IMG/VR virus record: IMGVR_UViG_3300030390_001258
Origin: an uncultured virus (IMG/VR IMGVR_UViG_3300030390_001258)
Lineage: Duplodnaviria > Heunggongvirae > Uroviricota > Caudoviricetes
Direction: 5' to 3' (one strand)
Length of the DNA: 64,000 bases
Under the pieces are notes generated by a model. The model did no database searches. It saw only the letters and a program-made list of their open reading frames with translations, and was not told the origin of the DNA. The translations under genes were made by a program, and so were the position numbers. Below are positions 58,300-64,000 of this stretch, piece after piece. How positions within the stretch are numbered: the stretch's first letter is position 1; each line of letters opens with the position of its first letter.

Positions 58300-60637
58300 T
58301 ACCTTAGTCTAATTTTAGTGGCAATTAAAGGTTCTGCCGTTTTAGTGCCCTCAGAATTAAACGTACCTTCAAATACATAGCGTTCAATAGCACTTGCAAT
58401 AAATTCAGCTGGGTAACCAGCATTAACTAGTCCTGCTTTAAGTTTATTAATTTTAGACATAGCCAAAGGTATAGTTTTTATGTGGTTATACATAACAGTT
58501 TTGTATATCTCTTCAGGATTCCCACCTAAACTCCCCATATCGTTAATTAAACTTTGCAATTGATTCTTAGTTGATATAGCAAGATCTGCAAGCATAGGAT
58601 TGTCTACGTTTTCTAAATCTTTTCTAGTTTCTTCCGCTATCAGCGCATCAAGTCTTCCCATAGCCATAGCTATTTGGCCAGTTGTAGTTTTTAAACCTCT
58701 TGATGTTTGATCTTTCATTTCTACTCTTACTTTCTCTCCGCTTGCAGTTTCAAGAATCATTTGTAGAGGAATATTATTTGATATGTCTGGGAAAATAACT
58801 CCGTGCATTTCTAAATCAGTAGTTTTTACTTTAGACCCGTCTGATGTCTTAAAAAACTTATCATACCCTTTACTACCTTCTTTCATACCTACAACTCTAA
58901 AATCATCTAAAGACATGCTCTTTTTTAGCATATTGTTAAGACGAGTTCTTAATTGATCTCCTTCTTTGTCTGGGCTAGGTATCCAAGTATTACCTTCATA
59001 TACGTCTCCGTCATAATTATTAACTGCGTCATGAATTTCTTCTCCACCATTTACAGTGTAATCATAATATTCTAGAGCTTTCTTCTTTAAAAACGGTACA
59101 TCTTCTTCAGTAAATTGTGTGCCTAACGCATTATTTACTTTAGTTAAGTTAGCCATATTTTGTGCTAATTGAGTACGCTCTGAGTCCATAAACCCTAAAT
59201 CTGTGTTTTCCGCTCGGAACATATCTTTTACATTGCCCCATCCGTCAGCAGCTTGCCCTAGCATTGTAGCCCCTATGTCTCCTATAGTTGCTGCTGTAGC
59301 AGCTAAAAGCCCTGCTCCAAGTCCAATTNNNNNNNNNNTGCTCCACCAAAAAGAGTTCCTGCTCCAGGCGCTACGATTGTTCCTGCGCCCGCACCCGCTA
59401 GTGTAGTTGCTCCAACTCCTGAATAATAATCACCTATTCTATCAAACATTCTATCTCTACCTCCGCCTTGTAATGTAAAATCAGGAAGCCATCTATCTTC
59501 AGTCATGTATTTAACAAGCCCGCCTACTTTTTCTAAATCATCTGAAGACATTGTTGTTTTATCATTCTCAGTTGTTCTCCAATGATCTACTTCAAATTTT
59601 TGATAAGCTGCCCCTTGCTCAGGAGTTAAAGATCCATCTGAAACCATGTTGCGGCCCATACTTTTTATAGACTGCCGTATATCTCTTGCAGCTTTCTTGT
59701 CTCCACTTTTTTCTAGCTCAATCATTTTAGATGTAAGTGCAAGCATGTTACCATCAAAAACACCTTTGTCTGAAATATCTGCAATATCAATAGCGGTCAT
59801 ACCTTTAGATGATACTATCATACTATCTCCTAATATACTAGCCTGTAAGGCATTTGCAGCGGCTTGCGCTTTTTCTCCTCCTGTAGGTACTTTAGTGTGT
59901 ACATACTGGTCAGTTTGAATTTTAACTCTTTTTAGAATATCTTGCCTAGCCATTTCTTGGCGTTTTTCTAATGGTATGTTTTTATCATACTCAAGTTCTA
60001 CTAATCGTTTGTAGTCTTGTAGACCCTCATTAGAGCGTATATACCCGCCCATAATCCGCATTGCATGTTGGTCCATTTTAGATTTAGATAATCCAGTAGG
60101 ATCCGATTTAATAGTACCTAGAAATTTCTTTATACCTGTATTATAATCAAGCATAATCTCTGAAGCATTTTGATATATATTAGCTTCATGTTTTCCTGTC
60201 TTTTCATTATACTGCCAAGAACTGTGTTGTTTAGCCGCATTCTCTCCCCAGTCTAATATTTGCTTACCTTCTGCAGCAGCTTTACGTTGCCATTTAAGTT
60301 CTTCTTGTCTATTGGCGTATGATTTTTCTGCAGCTAATAAAGCTTCGTTTGTTTTAACATTATTTAACGCTTCATCTATAACAAGATTTGCGTCTTCATA
60401 ATTACCGCCTGCTACAACTCCTTGAAGTTGTTCTTTTATTTCAGCTTTTTGTGCGTCTAAGTGATGAGAGTCTCCCCCCATAACATTAAACTGTGCTAAA
60501 GCCTGATCTATTAGATCTTTTTTTTCTTTATTCTTTTCAAACCTTTCTCTATAAATTTCTGAAACTTTAACCGCTCCTGGATCAACGTATTGACTTGCAA
60601 ACGGTTTTAACTCAAATTTACTATATTTATTAGCCAT
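58299..60637 (-). CDS. Virion cargo protein with a glycine-zipper segment; a single gene split by an assembly gap
   Basis: ORFs 59303-60637 and 58299-59264 join across the N10 at 59329-59338, reading ...GTLFGGA|IGLGAGLLAATAAT... Confidence 0.65.
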
Positions 60638-60643
60638 TAGTTT

Positions 60644-63376
60644 TTATTTTTTTTTTCTTACACCACCATACGAAGCTCTGCTAAACATTTGGTCTATAGC
60701 TTTTCTATCATAAACAGTTTTACCGTCAGGTCCTACTGTTCCTGCTAAATTAGCTTTAGCTACATTTTTATCTGCTTCATATCGCAACTCATCACCCCTT
60801 AAAGTTCCAAGGTTAGTTGCCATAGTTTGAATTGCGTTTAGTTTTCTATCGTTTGTGGCAGCATCAGCTCCTCTATTAAACTCGTCAACAGCCATTTTGT
60901 TTTTAGAATTTATTTGATCTGCTGATAACTGATTTGATGCATTTGTTGTACTTGCTTGCATACGTCTAGACTTATTAGCTGCATCAATCTGCATATTAGC
61001 TGAAGCCTCTCTATTACCTATTTCGTTGTTTGCATTTGTTTCGCTAGACGAGATCTTAGAAGTACCTTCGTTAAATTTAGAAAGCATCATTGCTTTTTCA
61101 GATGTACTCATTTGACGATTAGGATTGTATGTCATTGCATTCATTTGATTTTGCAATCTACTCTTTTCGTCTGTGTAATCTACTCTATCTAAATTAATTT
61201 TAGCTGCATCCGAAGCTACTACAGCATTTGCTGCAACAGGATCTGCTTGAGCCATATAATCAGGTTTATCACCTAATGCCATCATTGATGGTAAAAATTG
61301 TGCAGCTGTTGTTAAATCCATACCTTTTTTACCTGACTCACTTGACTCACTTGCCTTACCTGGCTTATTAGGATCTCCTTTATCCGCAGTTGGAGTATCA
61401 GTAGGATCTAATGTAACTTTTTCTACTTCAAAGTCGTCTTCTACATCAGCATCAACATCTTCTGCTGCAGGATCATTCATAAAGTCTTCAGATGTTCTAC
61501 TATAAGAATATTCTCCAAACAAACCATCTTGAGCGCTAGCCGTTCCTTTCTCCCCACTAAACCCAGTAGACATATAATCTTCTTTAGAAACGCCTTTATT
61601 TTCCATTTCAGTTCGAAACTGCTCATCGTTATCCCACCTATCTGTTAATTTGGAATTAAATGTATTTTGAAACTCACCTGCCATCTCTTTAGGATTCCAT
61701 TCTTCCCAAGAGTTAACACCCATTTCTCCTAGCATAGTTTTATTTCTATCAAAGAAATCTTTTCGTCCTGCTTCTGTATTCATAGAAGCTTCTCCATATA
61801 CGCCAGAATCTCCTAATTGATTTTGTCTGCCTGCAATTCCTTTTTTTCCTTGATCTTCAGCTCGTTTACCTGCTTTATATCCAGAGTCAGTCATAGCTCC
61901 TTCTACTTTGTCATAAGTTTTTCCATAAGCTTCGTAGTTTTTAAGATCTTGCTTGCTAACTGATGCTTTAGGTTGTTCTGTAGAGTTTTTATTACCTTGT
62001 ATTTTAGCTAAAGCTAATCCTTGGTCGTTTAAATTTCTATACTCAGGATCTGAAAAATTAGGAAGTCCGTCACCATCATGATCATCGTACATCGTTGGGT
62101 CTTCTTGTGGTCCTTGGTATCTTTCACCTTGATTTTCAAGTAATTTAAAATACTCTTGTTGTAAAGGATTTAATTGAGGTACATCTTTAAAACCTGCTTC
62201 ATCATATCTACGCATTCCTCCATACGCTGCTTTAATGTCGCCGGGGTTACGCCCTGCTACAGCCTCTTGCATTTTAGCTAAATAATTAACTTGCTCTTGC
62301 CCGGCACCACTACTTACCATTTCTTTATGCTTGTCAGCAAAAGTCATCCCACCAGATTTCAGCTTATTAGAAAAGAAATAATCTTTCATTCCGCCTTGAG
62401 CTGCAACCTGAGTCATTGTTTCTCCATCTTCCACTTCTGTTTGAGGATCTAACAATATACCGCTTTCTGAGCCCATACCTGCCTCATCATGCTCATTACC
62501 TACAAACTCTACAGCTCCTTCGCCAATTGGTTGCATTACACCTCCTGGAAGTTGCTGCGGACTATCTTGCATTCCGCCTTGCATATACTGCTGAGCTTTA
62601 GAATACATTCCACCGTCTTCTTCAACCATAACTTTTTGGCCGTTTATTATTTTATACTTACCCCCAAATTCATCGTTGTAATAAGTACTTTTCTCTTTCA
62701 TGTCAGAGCGATCTTCATTTCCTGAACTTCCACTAAGAAGAGCATTAGCTCCCCCTCCTATTAAAGCAGCGCCTTTCATTCTGTTCATGTTAGTAGCTAT
62801 CTGCTCAGGAGAAAACCCCATACTAGATAATCTTTTAGTAACTCCGGCAGGTACATACTCATAAGCTCCTTTAACAGCTTTTCCTACCTTACTATTTGTT
62901 ATTTTATCTAGCATGCTAAATGTTTTTGTAGTAGCCTCTTGCCCTTTAACAACTGCAGGAAGCATTTTACTTTTAATTTTGCTTACGCCTTTAGGTAAAG
63001 ACATTTCAGGAAAGTGTTGTAAAGGTTCTTTTAAAATAGTTTTATTAGGAGAGATTTTCTTTTTTATAGCTTTACCTGCGTCCATTGTTCTATCCGCAAC
63101 TTTCATTATTTTTTTACCGTACTTAGTAGCATTTAATGCTGTTCTAGCACCTGTTCCTATTGAACCAATAAACGGTATCATAGCAGCCATACTTATACCT
63201 GCATTTTTCCAATCTCCTTGAGCAGCATATAACCCTGCATTAGTAAGATCTGCAAATTCGCCAATACCAGGAACCATACCAGCACCATCCAGACTCATTT
63301 GAATCTTCTGCATTGTAGACATTACCTCTTCTTTATCTGAAGCCTCTTTTTTATTATTTTTATTAGGTTGTTTCAT
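60644..63376 (-). CDS. Virion cargo protein with an N-terminal pre-toxin-TG-like segment and repeated xxGG motifs
   Basis: LDGAGMVPGIGEFADLTNAGLYAAQGDWKNAGISMAAMIPFIG; GNEH...EVEDGE...FFSNKL; C-terminal YGGVRKKK. Confidence 0.6.
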   Translation of the reverse strand: MKQPNKNNKKEASDKEEVMSTMQKIQMSLDGAGMVPGIGEFADLTNAGLYAAQGDWKNAGISMAAMIPFIGSIGTGARTALNATKYGKKIMKVADRTMDAGKAIKKKISPNKTILKEPLQHFPEMSLPKGVSKIKSKMLPAVVKGQEATTKTFSMLDKITNSKVGKAVKGAYEYVPAGVTKRLSSMGFSPEQIATNMNRMKGAALIGGGANALLSGSSGNEDRSDMKEKSTYYNDEFGGKYKIINGQKVMVEEDGGMYSKAQQYMQGGMQDSPQQLPGGVMQPIGEGAVEFVGNEHDEAGMGSESGILLDPQTEVEDGETMTQVAAQGGMKDYFFSNKLKSGGMTFADKHKEMVSSGAGQEQVNYLAKMQEAVAGRNPGDIKAAYGGMRRYDEAGFKDVPQLNPLQQEYFKLLENQGERYQGPQEDPTMYDDHDGDGLPNFSDPEYRNLNDQGLALAKIQGNKNSTEQPKASVSKQDLKNYEAYGKTYDKVEGAMTDSGYKAGKRAEDQGKKGIAGRQNQLGDSGVYGEASMNTEAGRKDFFDRNKTMLGEMGVNSWEEWNPKEMAGEFQNTFNSKLTDRWDNDEQFRTEMENKGVSKEDYMSTGFSGEKGTASAQDGLFGEYSYSRTSEDFMNDPAAEDVDADVEDDFEVEKVTLDPTDTPTADKGDPNKPGKASESSESGKKGMDLTTAAQFLPSMMALGDKPDYMAQADPVAANAVVASDAAKINLDRVDYTDEKSRLQNQMNAMTYNPNRQMSTSEKAMMLSKFNEGTSKISSSETNANNEIGNREASANMQIDAANKSRRMQASTTNASNQLSADQINSKNKMAVDEFNRGADAATNDRKLNAIQTMATNLGTLRGDELRYEADKNVAKANLAGTVGPDGKTVYDRKAIDQMFSRASYGGVRKKK

Positions 63377-63386
63377 TGTATGTTTT

Positions 63387-64000
63387 TTATCCTATTCCAG
63401 GTAATTTTCTGCCTATATCTGAGCCAGAGTACGTTTTAGATTTATGTCTTCCTGCTGCTGCTGCAGCCCATGAAGATTTGAATTTATCTGATGCTTTAGC
63501 ATTATAATTAAATAGTCTGCTTTTTTTCTCACTTTCTTGATTGGCTTTTTCTGTTCTAGCTTTTTTACGACTAAACAATCCTTTTCCTAGTCCGTATAAA
63601 CCACCTGCAATACCTCCAATTGCAGTCCCAATACCAGGTAACAACATAGAACCAATTTGAGCACCAGTACCTGCTGAAGAAGCTACGTCTCCTACAACTT
63701 CACCTGCGTTCCATTTAGTAGCATCTTTATCATCAGAAAGCATTGAGAGCCCTTTTCCCGCTATAGAGGCTACCGCGTAAGGATTTATTTTAGCAGCTGT
63801 AGAAGCTACTTTAGCGGCAGTTGCTCCGACTTGTCCAGCTCCTTCTGTTACAATCCCTTTTGCAGCTTGTTTTGTAGCTTGTTTTGCTAATTGCTTTTTA
63901 GCAAACTCAGTTCCAAGAAATTTAGTACCAATTTTACTTCCTGCAAATTTAGTTCCTTCAGAAAGCATGTTTTTACCAGCAGTAAACCCTAGCTCTTTTG
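63387..64000 (-). CDS. Glycine-zipper membrane-active virion protein (5' end off the window)
   Basis: GTGAQIGSMLLPGIGTAIGGIAGGLYGLGKG; the frame stays open to the window edge. Confidence 0.6.
   Translation of the reverse strand, partial: KELGFTAGKNMLSEGTKFAGSKIGTKFLGTEFAKKQLAKQATKQAAKGIVTEGAGQVGATAAKVASTAAKINPYAVASIAGKGLSMLSDDKDATKWNAGEVVGDVASSAGTGAQIGSMLLPGIGTAIGGIAGGLYGLGKGLFSRKKARTEKANQESEKKSRLFNYNAKASDKFKSSWAAAAAGRHKSKTYSGSDIGRKLPGIG

Noticed and set aside
713..63221. Many short ORF-track entries antisense or out of frame to long genes (e.g. 713-946, 6950-7251, 22811-23134, 32952-33395, 62913-63221)
   Set aside because: Shadow ORFs fully overlapping well-supported genes, with no recognisable motifs
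1..64000. Stop-codon reassignment (TAG/TGA recoding known in some crAss-like phages)
   Set aside because: Core genes (TerL, portal, MCP, PolA, vRNAP) are full length under the standard code, and no suppressor tRNA was seen

Overview
This window is 64 kb of a crAss-like (Crassvirales-type) dsDNA phage genome, AT-rich and using the standard genetic code. The host is probably an environmental Bacteroidota/Flavobacteriia strain, because TAnnTTTG promoter boxes precede several genes. There are three blocks. (i) 1-18250, minus strand: head/packaging module with a large Cys-repeat structural protein, auxiliary capsid, ring protein, major capsid, scaffold-like protein, portal, terminase, HU/IHF and GroES. 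(ii) ~18400-39552, plus strand: early/replication module with an RNA-structure-rich leader region, an aberrant tRNA-Met, PolA, SF2 and DnaB helicases, a spore-photoproduct-lyase-like radical SAM enzyme, primase, nucleases, rIIA/rIIB and a dATP/dGTP diphosphohydrolase. (iii) 39588-64000, minus strand: virion cargo module with the giant single-chain virion RNA polymerase (DYDID motif) and its large partner proteins. The most unusual signals are non-coding. They are a promoter- and terminator-bounded ~270-nt structured RNA (17636-17910), a twice-repeated 'pseudoknot + multibranch stem' RNA unit with identical spacing and covarying stems (19071-19197, 20802-20915), and a tRNA with an 11-nt anticodon loop. 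All product calls come from motif recognition and gene order only; no database searches were run.
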